Assembly (NCBI GenBank): GCA_951406725.2
Contig: OX597821.1
Coordinates: 24,490,001 to 24,554,000 of the forward strand
DNA: 64,000 bases
Direction: 5' to 3'
DNA from: Octopus vulgaris
Lineage: Eukaryota
Part shown: positions 14,270-29,815 of the stretch, one piece after another
How the letters are laid out: the number at the start of each line of letters is the position of its first letter
How positions within the stretch are numbered: the first letter of the stretch is position 1
Made by a program: the position numbers and the translations under genes
Notes under the pieces: model-generated
Told to the model about the DNA's origin: nothing
The model's database searches: none
What the model saw: only the letters and a program-made list of their open reading frames with translations

Positions 14270-14633
14270 ACGATGAGAGTTCCGGTTGATCCGAATCAAC
14301 GGAACAGCCTGCTCGTGAAATTAACGTGTAAGTGGCTGAGCACTCCACAGACACGTGCACCCTTAACGTAGTTCTCGGGGATATTCAGCGTGACACAGAG
14401 AGTGACAAGGCCGGCCCCTTGAAATACAGGTACGACAGAAACAGGAAGTAAGAGTGAGAGAAAGTTGTGGTGAAAGAGTACAGCAGGGATCACCACCATC
14501 CCCTGCCGGAGCCTCGTGGAGCTTTTAGGTGTTTTCGCTCAATAAACACTCACAACGCCCGGTCTGGGAATCGAAACCGCGATCTTATGACCGCGAGTCC
14601 GCTGCCCTAACCACTGGGCCATTGCGCCTCCAC
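14270..14633 (-). mobile_element. tRNA-derived SINE
   Basis: Head ggaggcgcaatggcccagtggttagggcagcggactcgcgg matches the copy at 56816. Confidence 0.8.
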
Positions 14634-16277
14634 TATCGATATATAAGGTCATAGAGAAAAAAATTCACTATTGACGATTTGATTTCGATTCCTTCTTGCA
14701 GCAGGATTAATATTATTCTTACTAGCATTGAAAGGACATGACCGTCACATAATCTTATTGCTTTTACTCAATAAATATATGTCCCTACTCCTGAATGATG
14801 CATGCCATAAGATAGAGATTAGATAAAAAGCTAAGAAGATTCGATACTAGATTCGAAATTATTTCCCATTTATTTGAAGAAGAATCTAGGTTCTGAAATT
14901 CTGAACATCAAATACTCAAGATTTGGCAAAACTTTATTCTTTTAATTTAAAAACTAGACTTTTTAAAAATTTAAAACAAAAATGTTTAATAGATTCAAAT
15001 ATAGAATTTAAAATTTTCAGAAACTGAAAAAGAAAAAAAAAACATTTTAAAGCATTAATATATAATTTTGAGGATATACATTCAGTTGATTGATGCTGTA
15101 CATAAGTAGTACCTATTTCGACTTTCATTGAGAAATTTATGATTAAAATTATTTGGTACGCATCAGCTAGCTTGAACAATCGGTGTAACTAACATGCAGT
15201 CATACTCTCCTAAATATCATCATGCACTTGAGGCTGAGGAAATGGGGAATCGTGTATCACATGTGTGTGTAAGTGAATGTGTGTGTATGTGTGCGTGTGA
15301 GTGTGAGTGCATGTGTGTGTATGTGTATATGCATATATATGTATATGGTAGCGATGGTTCTCTGTAGACTGAGGATCGTACGGAAGTATGTAATGTAGGC
15401 ATAACAGAAGGTCTTTTCAGAGACAGATTCAACTACCACAAGTCGTAAGAAGTGCCGCTAAGCATAGTGCCTGACGCGCTAATAATAATGTATACATATC
15501 CCTCCACACACATCACACAGAGAAAGAGACAAACAGAGAGAGTAAGCGAGAGAAAGCGAGGAAGGGAGAGAGTGATACATATACATGTGGGTGTGTTTTC
15601 ATGCAAAATGGTGACGAACACCATTCCTCCATGTGATCGGCTTGAAGAATTTTTAAGCATTTTAAGAATTTTTAACATCGAACCAATGGTAGCCTTAATA
15701 CACAAACAAAGAAGTTTTATCCACCAATGCGATACTGAACACTCATTCTCATTGTTCGACATTTACGTATATATATATATATATATATAAACACAAAGTG
15801 AGAGGGAGAGAGGGAGAGCGAGCGAGAGGGGTGAGAGAGCAAGAGAGAAAGAAAGTTAAACATTTTTTTAATAGAATGATCTATTATAGAGCGCATGTTG
15901 TTCTACCTTAACGTTTTCAGAATATGTTATCTGTATTTCAGTGAAGTATCTATAATTGTTAACTAAAGATTGGAGTAGATGAATAATTGCAAACAGCCAT
16001 TATTATCAATCTAATAATTTCTGACTTGCAACTTGCTAAAATGGTGTATATTTTTATATTGCCAATTTAGTATACATTGAAAAATGGTCATGTTATTTGT
16101 ATTAATTTAATATGGAAAAACAGAAAGCAAAGCACAACTTTGTAGTTGTAGTATTAATGAAAGTACTTTTATCGCTTGTTGAAGAGCTTGCCGAAGAGGA
16201 AATATGCCAACAAAATGCACTTAGCCACACCACCTAGAACTAAGCTAAGTTGATAGAAAAAGATTGGTAAAAACATA

Positions 16278-16438
16278 GACGCAGGAGTGGCTATGCGGTA
16301 AGTAGCTTTCTTACCAACCACATGGTTCTGAGTTCAGTCCCACTGCGTGGCACCTTGAGCAGGTGTCTTGTACTATAGCCTCGGGCCTACCAAAGCCTTG
16401 TAAGTAGATTTGGTAGACGGAAACTGAAAGAAGCCCGT

Positions 16439-16440
<2 letters not shown>
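16278..16440 (+). mobile_element. SINE 5' half
   Basis: gcaggagtggctatgcggtaagtagc...ggaaactgaaagaagcccg. Confidence 0.75.
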
Positions 16441-16513
<73 letters not shown>

Positions 16514-16840
16514 GCGTGTGTGTAGAAGATTTAAAAGGAACACACGAGTTGATATATATGGAAAAATGTCAAGGTGGAAAATGCTAAGATAATTTTATAA
16601 AAACCATTTCAGTACAGGTTTCTGTCATTGAGACTTTTTCAGCTGTAAGTATGAAAAACAATTAAATTTTGGAAAAATTAAAAGAAAAGTTTTTTTAAAA
16701 GAATATTTGCATAGTGTTCAAATACAAGTGGCATTTTCCTTGTTTCTGCCTGTCTCTATCTCCCTTGTTTACTCTTGTGGGTTCGAGGTTGTTGTGAATT
16801 CTTGGTAGGGGAGAAGAAGGAGAAGAAGAAGAAGAAGAAG

Positions 16841-16871
<31 letters not shown>

Positions 16872-18509
16872 GCCCTGAAAGTGCTTTATCGATGATACAT
16901 ACAAGATGCATCATGTATTACATAACGCTTTCTTCCTCTGGAACATCCAGTACTTTAATTCGGCTGACAGGCAAGATCCACACGAGTTTTATACCATTTA
17001 TCCATCCCGACATATGTGTTTCATCCCATAAAAATATACAGAGAGGCATGTGACTGAAATAACCTCTAATTCATGTTCCTCTGCATCCCAACACAGCTAC
17101 AAATGAATGCCCTAATTGCTACAAGTGATATTTATAGCTGCGCTGAAGTGGTGCAGGCAAAAACAAAGCTCAAAACGCCTGGAGAAAATTACCCAACTCC
17201 AAAGATGGGACTTTTAGGATTTTAAATTTCCAATACTTATTTGGAAATGTGTTCATTATGGAATATTCTTTGTCAGGTTATCTTATTTAGTTATCTTCCC
17301 CAATGAAAGCCTTGCTATGTTCATTGATAATGTTTTCTTTCAAACCATTTTAACGCTGAAAGTTTACTTTCTAATCTTAAGTCTAACTTTAAGCTATGGT
17401 TTCATTTGTACACGATTATAATCTACATTAAATATTACATCACTTAAAGCAATTTCTGAGTCATGAAATTTGAAGCAGTAGATCGATTTAATGTCTCTAT
17501 TCGCACTAATGACAATGATAATGTATATGTCCAGTCGGCCTGTACATACTAGACGTACTTACGTATAAATTCACTAACAATAATATTCGATTATATCGAG
17601 ATGACAGGTTGCTTATATCATGCAGATGTAATAATTATACTCAAGGTTCTTTCAGAGAAAATCACATAGATTTTGATAACATAGGAGTCAACATTACGAT
17701 AGCCACTAATTATGACAAAACCTTTCCTTGGTATAGACTCCACCACTTACAAACTATTTCATAAGACTTCTGAAACACTTATATACATAAGGAAGCAAAC
17801 TTGTCACCTTCATCGTGTTACAAAAATTTATAGACTGTATAAGTATCAGAATATTTAACTTCACCTCTTCTAACGAGATTTTCGACAAAGCGAATCCTTA
17901 AAATAATAGGGATCTATCAGATAGTTGTTTCAAGGATGTCACAATCCAAGAGAGTTAATATGTTTTCACCGTCAATCACTCTGAATGTAAAGACGAGATT
18001 AATGTAGAGTAAAAGGTTTTGACCCTGCTTAGATGAATATTTAACAGATAATTGAAGAAACAGTAAAATCTTCTGTAAAATCATGTTACAGTTGTAACTC
18101 CAAAACGAAAACAATTATCCCAAGTAAGGCTATAATCCTTGATTGTTCATGAGGAACTACAGAAATTTTACCTTTAGATCAAGCATACGATATAAAGTCG
18201 GTAGTGTACGAAAATCAATTCAAATATTCCACACCAGACGAGTGATAATTTTTTTTTTACATAAGTATGTATGAGAGTACGTTCAATAAACTATTATACA
18301 CTTTATCATTCACCTTTCAGTCGCAGCAATGAAGAGTACTTCACGATCAACAAACCATATGTATAAATTAAGTGACTGAAATGTCGACTTGGGCATCAAG
18401 TATATCAAAGTAATAAAGTTAATGTCTGGTCATAGAGTGACCAATGGTTTCGCATCCACGAAGGTTATAGCTTCGTAGACAACCCATGAGACTCTAGCCT
18501 GAACACAAA

Positions 18510-18534
<25 letters not shown>

Positions 18535-18549
<15 letters not shown>

Positions 18550-19872
18550 TAAGGGTAGAAATTGATATTTATCAATTAAGACCAGTGGTCTAGCATATTA
18601 AAAAAGAATCCGAAGATTAAAATATTTATATATACCAATTAAGGACTGAACACGAAAAGTGGACAGTCAACATGCTAGATATAGACGTCAAATCGCCATT
18701 CACCACAAAAGATTATGTTCTCAGATCAAACTCAACACAAAACCATAGCAATAAACAAGTGAAAAATATACGAAATAAAATAATTACTCATGTACTAACT
18801 TAGTTTCAGCTGTTATTTTCCGCAAGGAAAACTGCAGCCATCATCAGCATGGTCCGTTATAAATGTAATTTGCTGGACTAGATGCAAACACGATACCGAA
18901 ATATCGCGTGCATGGAGTTCAGCCTATTACATTTGAATATATCTTTCAAATGCCTTTACTTTGGCGCGTTGAAACCCGAGAAAACTAGCCTGCAGCTAAT
19001 AATTAGCAGCAGTTAATTTATCGGTTAGAGAACATATTTATTTATATAAAATTAATTAAGGGTAGAAATTGATATTTATCAATTAAGACCAGTGGTCTAG
19101 CATATTAAAAAAGAATCCGAAGATTAAAATATTTATATATACCAATTAAGGACTGAACACGAAAAGTGGACAGTCAACATGCTAGATATAGACGTCAAAT
19201 CGCCATTCACCACAAAAGATTATGTTCTCAGATCAAACTCAACACAAAACCATAGCAATAAACAAGTGAAAAATATACGAAATAAAATAATTACTCATGT
19301 ACTAACTTAGTTTCAGCTGTTATTTTCCGCAAGGAAAACTGCAGCCACCATCAGCATGGTCCGTTATAAATGTAATTTGCTGGACTAGATGCAAACACGA
19401 TACCGAAATATCGCGTGCATGGAGTTCAGCCTATTACATTTGAATATATCTTTCAAATGCCTTTACTTTGGCGCGTTGAAACCCGAGAAAACTAGCCTGC
19501 TGCTAATTATTAGCTGCAGGCTAGTTTTCTCGGGTTTCAACGCGCCAAAGTAAAGGCATTTGAAAGATATATTCAAATGTAATAGGCTGAACTCCATGCA
19601 CGCGATATTTCGGTATCGTGTTTGCATCTAGTCCAGCAAATTACATTTATAACGGACCATGCTGATGATGGCTGCAGTTTTCCTTGCGGAAAATAACAGC
19701 TGAAACTAAGTTAGTACATGGGTAATTATTTTATTTCGTATATTTTTCACTTGTTTATTGCTATGGTTTTGTGTTGAGTTTGATCTGAGAACATAATCTT
19801 TTGTGGTGAATGGCGATTTGACGTCTATATCTAGCATGTTGACTGTCCACTTTTCGTGTTCAGTCCTTAATT

Positions 19873-19876
<4 letters not shown>
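18535..19876. repeat. Two direct ~505 bp copies plus an inverted ~370 bp copy, each with a hammerhead motif (Penelope pLTR/retrozyme-like)
   Basis: 18535-19040 matches 19042-19500; palindrome centre near 19510 (ctagcctgctgctaattattagctgcaggctag). Confidence 0.85.
19657..19721 (+). ncRNA. Type I hammerhead ribozyme motif
   Basis: ccatg-CTGATGA-t-ggctg...cagct-GAAA-ctaa-g-ttag-TA-catgg; antisense copies near 18788-18852 and 19296-19359 (the latter with core mutated to CTGATGG). Confidence 0.7.
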
Positions 19877-19915
<39 letters not shown>

Positions 19916-20059
19916 GAAATATAACGTGTCTTGAATGTGACAACAATGCAGACTAGACTATAATAACCGTTATAATTTAATTATTCATAGTTTGATATAT
20001 TTCGGAATATAAAAATTCCTTCTTCAGATATTACAGGGAATCGATCGAGTCACTGCTAT

Positions 20060-20470
20060 ACTCTTTTACTCTTTTACTTGTTTCAGTCATTTGACTGCGG
20101 CCATACTGGAGCACCGCCTTTTGTCGAGCAAATCGACCCTGGGACTTATTATTTGTAAGCCCAGTACTTATTCTATCGGTCTCTTTTGCCAAACCGCTAA
20201 GTGACCGGGACGTACACACCAGCATTGGTTGTCAAGCAATGCTAGGGGGACAAACACAGACACACAAACATATACACACACACTTATATATATACATACA
20301 TATATACGACAGGCTTCTTTCAGTTTCCGTCTACCAAATCCACTCACAAGGCATTGGTCGGCCCGGGGCTATAGCAGAAGACACTTGCCCAAGATGCCAT
20401 GCAGTGGGACTGAACCCGGAACCATGTGGTTGGTTAGCAAGCTACTTACCACACAACCACTCCTGCGCCT
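20060..20470 (-). mobile_element. Full-length tRNA-derived SINE
   Basis: Reverse complement of the 48918-49345 family. Confidence 0.85.
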
Positions 20471-21009
20471 ATAATCGGTTTTATTTATAACTGTTTTATT
20501 TTTATTTGAATTTTTACCTTATTTTATTATTTTTTAAATTTTTAATGTGATTGACATTTATCATTTTTATTTTAATATTTTTATCTTACCCACATATGTT
20601 TTTATTTTTATTTTTATTTTATATTATTTTCAATTTATTTCAATTATTTCAGTATATATTTTCATTTATCTTTATTTTATTATTTCCTTATATTGTTTTT
20701 TTTATTATTATTTTATTTTTGACTATATCTTACCTTTGTCTGAATATTTTTATTATCTTTATTTTTATTAATATTCATTATTTAATTTTACTTATTTTTA
20801 TATTTATATTTTTATATTTTTATTTTTCGTTATTTTAATATACGTCCTTTCGCCCTGATGTTATTTTGATCTAAATCTTCAAAATGCAATCGCATTTTAT
20901 TCTATAGGTTTTTAATTTGTATTGAGTGTAAATTGAAAAGATTGTAGGCAATGTCAATTAATAAATAGATTAATTTATATTCATTGAATCTCACCATTTT
21001 CTTGCTTAA

Positions 21010-21077
<68 letters not shown>

Positions 21078-21257
21078 CATATATATACAAACTGGGACAA
21101 GAACGCAAAACATTTAGAAGACGATACAAAAAACACGGACAGGACATTCGAAGCCTTCAATCTTCAGTCAAGAACCGGATCATCCTCGCAATTTCGGCTG
21201 ATTAATCTTGAGATTGCTCCAATCTGGCCAGCCCCAAGGAAAAACTAAGCTATATAC

Positions 21258-21423
<166 letters not shown>

Positions 21424-22268
21424 AGAGAAAGAGAGAGAGAGAGAGATCGGTGGAAAGAAAATATCTTGAAAATGGTTAGAAATAAGAATGTCGATCCAAT
21501 TTAAACATAAATAGAAAACGAATAAAGTCATTCGCACTTGTTTCTTCTCAAGTCATATATGGATCAGCCAGAGAGTATAAAGAACGATGAAGAAGATAAA
21601 GAACAGGTTAAAGTACATAAAGAAACCGGAAATCAAGATTTTGTAAAGAGTCAGAAGGACCAGGCTGACGTCGTGACTGGGGAAGATTTCAAGAAGGAAT
21701 GATGAACATTTGTGGCTCAAATGCAGCCATGGAAAATCTGTGTAGGTAATGAATAAATATGAAGTTAACATTTCCATCAGGAACACAAGAACTGCCAGGG
21801 AGGAACGGAAACAAGCAAAACCGTAAATATAAGTCAGATAAAAAAACAAAGGAAAATAAATGTTAATACTAAAAGGAAAGGCATTTCACAATATAAAGGA
21901 CACAATCCGTACCAATTTTAAGTTCTACCTAAAATTTGTTAACTGGCGTGGTAAATTGGGATAAACAGCCGCTTTACACACACACGTATATATATATATA
22001 TATCCTTAAATCCTTAAAAATGTTTTAGCCCGAAGGCCGCGGCCATGCTGGGGCACAATAAAAAGAAAGTTCTTAGTACAGTGTTATATATTTGAAAAAA
22101 TGGGGGAATAATGTTAACAGCAGGTGACTTTGGTATGAGTTGCTAACTCCAAATAGCCGTTTTCAAACTGAAAAATGTGTGTTTTACTGGTTGCTTAAAT
22201 AGTAAAACATTTTTTCCAACAAGTACACGGACAAAAAGATATATAAAAAAATGCAAAAGCATGTCTGT

Positions 22269-22421
22269 AGAAGAAGAAGAAGAAGAAGAAGAAGAAGAAG
22301 AAGAAGAAGAAGAAGAAGAAGAAGAAGAAGAAGAAGAAGAAGAAGAAGAAGAAGAAGAAGAAGAAGAAGAAGAAGAAGAAGAAGAAGAAGAAGAAGAAGA
22401 AGAAGAAGAAGAAGAAGAAGA
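22269..22421. repeat. (GAA)n microsatellite of about 50 units
   Basis: Direct reading; a shorter tract lies at 16811-16870. Confidence 0.95.
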
Positions 22422-22875
22422 AATAAGTAAATGAAATAAAGATAAAAATAAATATAAATATAAAATAAAAATTAAGATAATAAAGATAAGACTAATAGTA
22501 GTTGAGAACGGAAGGGGGAGGGGATAAATTCTTTCAAAAATAGAGAAATGGAATATTTTGGAGTGGTAAATATTGTTATGAATCATCAAAAGATAACCGG
22601 TGGGGTGCCAACTGGTTTGGGGTAACCTACTCAGTTCTCACACATGGTATGGTGTATGCACACACACACATACATATATATATATACACACACATACATA
22701 TACGTACACGCCTCTTGACCCTTATGCCTATGCATGTACACACATATATGCATACACACATACACACAGGCATATATACACTTACATACACATACATATA
22801 CAAATATATAAATATATGCTTATACATACATCTCTACCACTTATACACACTCACACACGTACCTATACACATACA

Positions 22876-22919
<44 letters not shown>

Positions 22920-23550
22920 TGTGTGTAGGCATACACACATATACATACATATACATACACATATACATATATCAATACACATACACACACATGCATAACT
23001 GTACTAATATACTCATGTGTACATGCACGTGCATGTATGTATACATACACACATGTATATATATACACACGCGCGCGCACATATACACATCCATCACATC
23101 CACCTCCACACATGTATACATGTACACACATACACACATAAGAGGATGTAATTCCATAGAAACATATATTCCTATATATATATTTATATACATACACATA
23201 TACATACATGCACATACACCAGAGACAGCTTCACACGCAGGCAATATATCGGTACCACCCATTATTGATTGTACGCTATAGATGAAAAGATAAAATATTG
23301 ACGATCAATTAACCTGGAAAAAATATGAAACTCCATAGCTGAGAGTTTAGAATTTCTATTTCCAATACTTATTTGGTAATTTAAACATTTTCTTCATAAA
23401 GTTATCTTATTTAGTAGTCTTCTCCAATGAAAGGCTTGCTCTTTCTTAATAATCTTTACTTCCAAGCTTTTTTTATTTTTAGGTCTTACTTGAAGCTACA
23501 GTTTAGTTTATACACCATCACAATCTACATTAGATATTTTTTTCTACTCT

Positions 23551-23672
23551 AGGAGCAAGCCCGAAATTTGAGGGGAGGGGGCATTCGATTAGAGCAACCC
23601 CAGTACGCAACTGTTACTTTATTTATCGACCCCGAAAGGATGAAAGGCAAAGTCGACCTCGGCGGAATTTGA
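23551..23672 (-). mobile_element. SINE fragment with a Meta-domain-like core
   Basis: ttcaaattccgccgaggtcgactttgcctttcatcctttcggggtcgataaat. Confidence 0.55.
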
Positions 23673-23768
23673 ATGTAAAGTGTACATACATATACGCATG
23701 CATACATTGCTACATACAAACACACACATATGCGCGCGCACACACACACACACACAGAGATTATATAC

Positions 23769-24384
<616 letters not shown>

Positions 24385-24584
24385 TTCATAGATAAAAAGA
24401 GGTGCAACCGCTTATACACACAATATATATATATGCATAAGATTTCTACTTACGTCCATACATAAAGAAACACTCATAGACATCTATACACAACGACACA
24501 AGAAATATACACTGATATGTACAGGCATTAGACGTCTATGGAAATATATTTAAATAACAGCAACTAAAGTTATACAAAAATATA

Positions 24585-25150
24585 TTGGCTTGGCAAGTAA
24601 ATTCGTTCGTTTCTTTCTCAAATCTTTTTCATATCATTTTCAAATTTGAATAAATTTCACTTTTATTCATGGAGTGTTAAGTATCATAGATAAAAAAGTG
24701 AGAATTTTCGACAAATGCTTCTCTTCGCTATCAGCCATGGTTTCAAATCAGCCAAAGCTACTCAGGAGATTTATGCTTCGTACGGAGAAGGTACTATTAC
24801 TGAAAGAAATGCACAGCAATTGTTTTCAGGTTTCATGGAGGAGATCTTCAGCCTCACAGACATTTTGCGTTCAGTTCAATGGAGATCGAGTGAAACGAGC
24901 ACATTCATGAAGATCCGCACTAATACACAAGTGATTTGGCCCTGCGGATCGGACGCACTCACAATAATACTGTCACCTGTTGCCTTCAGTAGAAGGTTAA
25001 TCTAGCAGAAACGACCCGACCAGCGAGCGACACGGTGTCCTATTTCAACACGACAATGATCGCTCAATCGTTCTAATTTGAGCAAGACTATATTTCAAGA
25101 AATCGCTTGAGAAGTTATAAAGCACACACCATATACTCCTCCTGAGCTAA
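24585..25150 (+). mobile_element. Highly degenerate mariner relic
   Basis: LLFAISHGFKSAKATQEIYASYGEGTITER (HTH region), FQHDN and HTPY.P-like remnants. Confidence 0.6.
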
Positions 25151-25355
25151 TTCTCTAATACAATGTTGCGGATCCTCATCAATGAGCTCGTTTCAATCGA
25201 TCCTCATTGCAAGATGTTTCGTTCCACAACCATTTGTCAAAATTATCGCTGAAAAATAACGACTAAAATATAGGGAAAAATGTATGAACGAATTTATACA
25301 TCCAGTACATACATACATACATACATACACATACATACATACATACATACATACA

Positions 25356-25389
<34 letters not shown>

Positions 25390-25472
25390 CATACATACAT
25401 ATAAATATAGGGAAAAATGTATGAACGAATTTATACATCCAGTACATACATACATACATACATACACATACA

Positions 25473-25564
<92 letters not shown>

Positions 25565-25711
25565 CACACAAGTGAATTAGAAACAGTTTGAGATATATAA
25601 ACAAAATCGAACGAACGTACACAGAACTAACAACCCCCACCCTGTATAAGCGTGTTCGATTTTGTTTATATATATATATATGAGTGCATGTAAATAAAGT
25701 TATCAACATAC

Positions 25712-26683
25712 AGCAAGTTGTATCGATATTCCGCTGTAGAGGACTGAGATGGCCAACCCAATGTGCAATAATGTGTTGAATGCCGCAATGGTTTTTTCTC
25801 TCCCGTTGACGCCCTCTTGAAATGCGACAAGGATCAGCAGACACGAGAAAATAATAGCGCACATGAAGATGATGATTGTATAGCCGGAGAAGTTGGCATT
25901 GACATGATGCAATAGCTCCATTATCTCTTCGTATTTCTCCTGAATGTGAATCAATTTACTGTTAAATCCTACCATCAATTTACTGTTAAGGTCGCTAGTT
26001 GGTTGTTCTTCCTCGTGGAGCAGCTTCAGTTTTTGTGAGAGGGCGTGCAGCTCACAACAGATTATTTTCGAAAAGAAATAAAGTAGTATATCGTCGCTGA
26101 GTATTCCAGAAGCGATAAACCAGCTTAACATCACGAAGTTTGTATTTTCAAAAACTTTATTCTGCCAAAAAGGCACAGCTGGTAAAGCTCTCACGAAAGA
26201 TGTTGCAATATCAGTATTACGGAAATAGATTATGATACATATAACAACGACTATCACGATAGTCGAAAATCCTACCATCAATTTCATCTCCAGTTTTACT
26301 TTCCTCAAATAATTTTGCTCACTTAGAGAAACAGCACATGCCGCATATTTCTTAAGCAATCTTCTGCCGTACACGGCATTGGTGATGAACTTCATTCCAT
26401 GTTTAAAAACTTCCAAAGAATAAAACAGCATGAAATATAAAAAGATAATAACTTTTCCACCGCTCATCCAATAATAAAATGAATAATATAAGCGTATTAT
26501 ATTCCAAATCAAAAACAATGAAACTATAATTTTGAAAACTTTGAACAAAGTCTTTTGGGGTTTGGTGAGATAACCTGACGGGTAAAGGTCTTGACCAGAG
26601 AGCGCCGTAAGATGTAATACAGGTTTTAAAATATCTATCGCAATTTCTTCACGTGAATCTTGTGTTGATCGCTTATGGTCCAT
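25712..26683 (-). CDS. GRL variable exon V2 (324 codons)
   Basis: Paralog of V1; intact ORF; GTATGT donor after ..IQLA at the same position. Confidence 0.85.
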
Positions 26684-28404
26684 GTTGGTGGATTTACTGC
26701 ATGTAGATACATCAATACTAGAGATGACAAATGGTATTACATTATAAGTTTGTGACTATATATTCTTTGGTTCGTTTTCTGCTATAATTGCTACGCCAGA
26801 ACTTGGGAGAGGTTTGCGAGTATATTGTTTTCCTTGCCAAACGTCATTACAGTGACTTGAAATGTTTCTCTAATGGTGGCATAGTAATATGTTTTGGCTG
26901 TGATGGCTGTAGTGGTGTTGGTAGAGGTAGTGAACGTCGGTAATTATAGTAGCGATGGAGATATCTGTTGTTATGGTCGTTATAGTTCTACTGATAATTG
27001 CTGTAAAATCGGGTGTTATTAAATACTTTTTACATTAAAAGCTCCACTTTATTAGTTACGGCTACAAAATAATGTAACACATCGCATAAGAGAAACAATG
27101 GACTCTGATTCAAAACCTGACGTTTTATAAAGTAGATAGAATAACGTTGAAGTGATTAGCTATATTCGAGAATGAAACAGAGATCATTGGCCCAATGTTC
27201 ATGTATATAATATGATATTCAGGCATTATGGATAATGCAATGTTGTGGTTTTGCACGTAAGATAGTGTTCGGCTGATTATGCATATGATATGGCTTTGAG
27301 ATGGCGTGAAAATAAAATAGTGTTGAAGTGATGTATATAATATAATGCTGAGATGGTTTATAGAATATTTTGCTTGTATGATGCATAAAACCTCAGCAGT
27401 TGCTATGGAGAAGAGCACAATCACTCAATGGAGTACTGACACTATTTACACATGTACTTATATATCACACACCCACACACAAAACAAACACCAGCGCTCA
27501 CTCACACATACAGATATGCACATACAACATATGCTTTTGTCGCGCATTATCGGTACCACCCATTATTGATATGTAAATTATAGATAAATAGATAATGTAT
27601 TGACGATCAGATGCTTGGAGAAAATCACCCAGCTTCAAAACTGGGACTTTTAGAATTTATAATCTCGAGTACTTATTTCGAAATTTGTTTATTTTGGAAG
27701 GGTTCTAACTGTTCCTTGATAATGTTTTCTTTCAAACCATTTTAACGCTAATCTTAAGTCTAACTTTAAGCTACGGTTAGTTTGTACACGATTATAATCT
27801 ACATTAAATATTATATCACTTAAAGTACTTTCTGAGTCATGAAATTTGAAGCAGTAGATCGATTTAATGTCTCTATTGGCACTAATGACAATGATAATGT
27901 ATATGTCCAGTCGGCCTGTACATACTAGACGTACTTACGTATAAATTCACTAACAATAATTTTGGATTATATCGAGATGACAGGTTGCTTATATCATGCA
28001 GATGTAATAATTATAATCTAGGTTCTTTCAGAGAAAATCACAGATTTTTAATAACATAGAAGTCAACATTACGATAGCCACTAATTATGACAAAAGCTTT
28101 CCTTGGTATAGACCCCACCACTTACAAACTATTTCATAAGACTTCTGAGATGTTGACTTTAGCATCAAGTCAAGGGTCTCGAAACGAACTGAGGGAAAGC
28201 GATCTTTGCACAGTAGAAATAACACATCCTGCTGAAGTCAGAGCTGTTATATCGATCAGTATACACACATATCGCATACATTCATAGACATACACAAATA
28301 CATACTCATGCGCGCACATACACAGATGTACACGTGCAGGTACATACACTCACGCGCACACTCACCTACTCACCTGCGTATAGCCCTCCCATCCCATATA
28401 CACG

Positions 28405-29815
28405 ACACTAATCACGCCCTTCACTTCTTCAATTTCTTTTCCTTCCCTTCCGGCTCCTCACACCTCTGCATCTTCAATATCATATCCTTATACACGGTGA
28501 TTCCCCACAACGACGGTCACTTAGCCCTTTAATACTACCTCGACCGTCGCCTTGCACACCCAGCACCCAGCACCTCTACCCTTCTCCGTCTGGCAGAGCT
28601 CGTCCACACCCTCAACTGCTTTACGTTCGCCGGGGAAACCTACCAAAGGGGTCTGAGGTCGCGATGGGAACGAGAATGGGCCCCAATTTCGCCGACCTAT
28701 ATGTTGGTCACATTGAGGCGCAAGTATTCTCCCAATTTTCCGGACCAACCCCAGAGCTATACGGTTGCTGCATTGACGACTGTATAGGTGCCATCTCCCT
28801 CTCCCGTGAACAACTCTGCCACTTCATCTCTTTCCTCTCTAACTTCCACCCCTCTCTCCAGTTTACTTCTACCATCTCTAACTCCTCGGTGAACTTGATA
28901 TCTCTCTTACCATTGACCTCCTTTCCCACTCTCGCACCACCACCGCCTTCTTCAAACCCACAGATTTCCACCTCTATACTCCTCCTCCCATCCCTTCCAC
29001 ACCAAACGGGCCATCCCATACCCCAAGTTCCTCCGCCTCCGACGCTTGTGCAGCCGGGACCAGGACTTCGAGACCCAGTCCCAGTACCTTGCCTGCCTGC
29101 TCATGCATCGAGGATACCCACCAATCCTTGTCCAAACCGCCTTGTCCGCGCTCGTCGAATCGATCGCACCACCGCCCTCCCTCCTTCCCCACACAAGTTC
29201 CCTAATCGCACCCCCTTTCCCCTCCTTTTCCACAACTCCACCCTTCCCCCCCATCGGAGGATCCTACGGGCCTTCCGTCGTCTCCAGCTCGATCCCACCA
29301 CCAGCCTCATTTTCCCCCAACCCACCTTTGTACTTTAAACGCGCTCGGAACCTGCGCAATCTACTGGTCCGTAGCACCTTCACCTCTTCCCCCAGTCCCA
29401 TCCGGATCCTTCCCGCGCTCCAGATCCCGCTGCCACACCAGCCCCTTCATCACCAACACTACCTCCCTCACTGCTTCTAACTAGCACACTCTTCACATCA
29501 CAGATTCCTTCGCTTGTACCTCTTCTAGCCTCATATACTGTATTAGATGCAACCTCTGGTAAAGTATATGTAGGTCGGACTGTCCACCGGCTAGCCGACC
29601 GGTTCATCGAACATCTAAGGGATAATCGGCTACGTTTGAACACCCCCGTCACCCGTCACTTCCGCTTGGCCAACCAGTCCCCCTCTAACATCTCCGTCTA
29701 TGGCCTCGCTCTGCACCACGCAGCTACACACTCGCGATTCCGCCTGGAACAGCGTTATATTTTTCATCTATGAGCAACTGTCCATCTCGAACTAAACACC
29801 ACACCCTCCTCCTAA
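28405..29815 (+). mobile_element. Penelope-like retroelement fragment (RT plus GIY-YIG), frameshifted
   Basis: MGTRMGPNFADLYVG, CIDDCIG, FHPSLQFT, HTKRAIPY.KFLRLRRLCS, LIYCIRC..VYVGRT. Confidence 0.85.

Noticed and set aside
21553-21849. 98-aa hydrophobic minus-strand ORF as another receptor exon
   Set aside because: No GRL motif, and the paralogous blocks at 30.3 and 36.8 kb differ by indels and show no matching ORF
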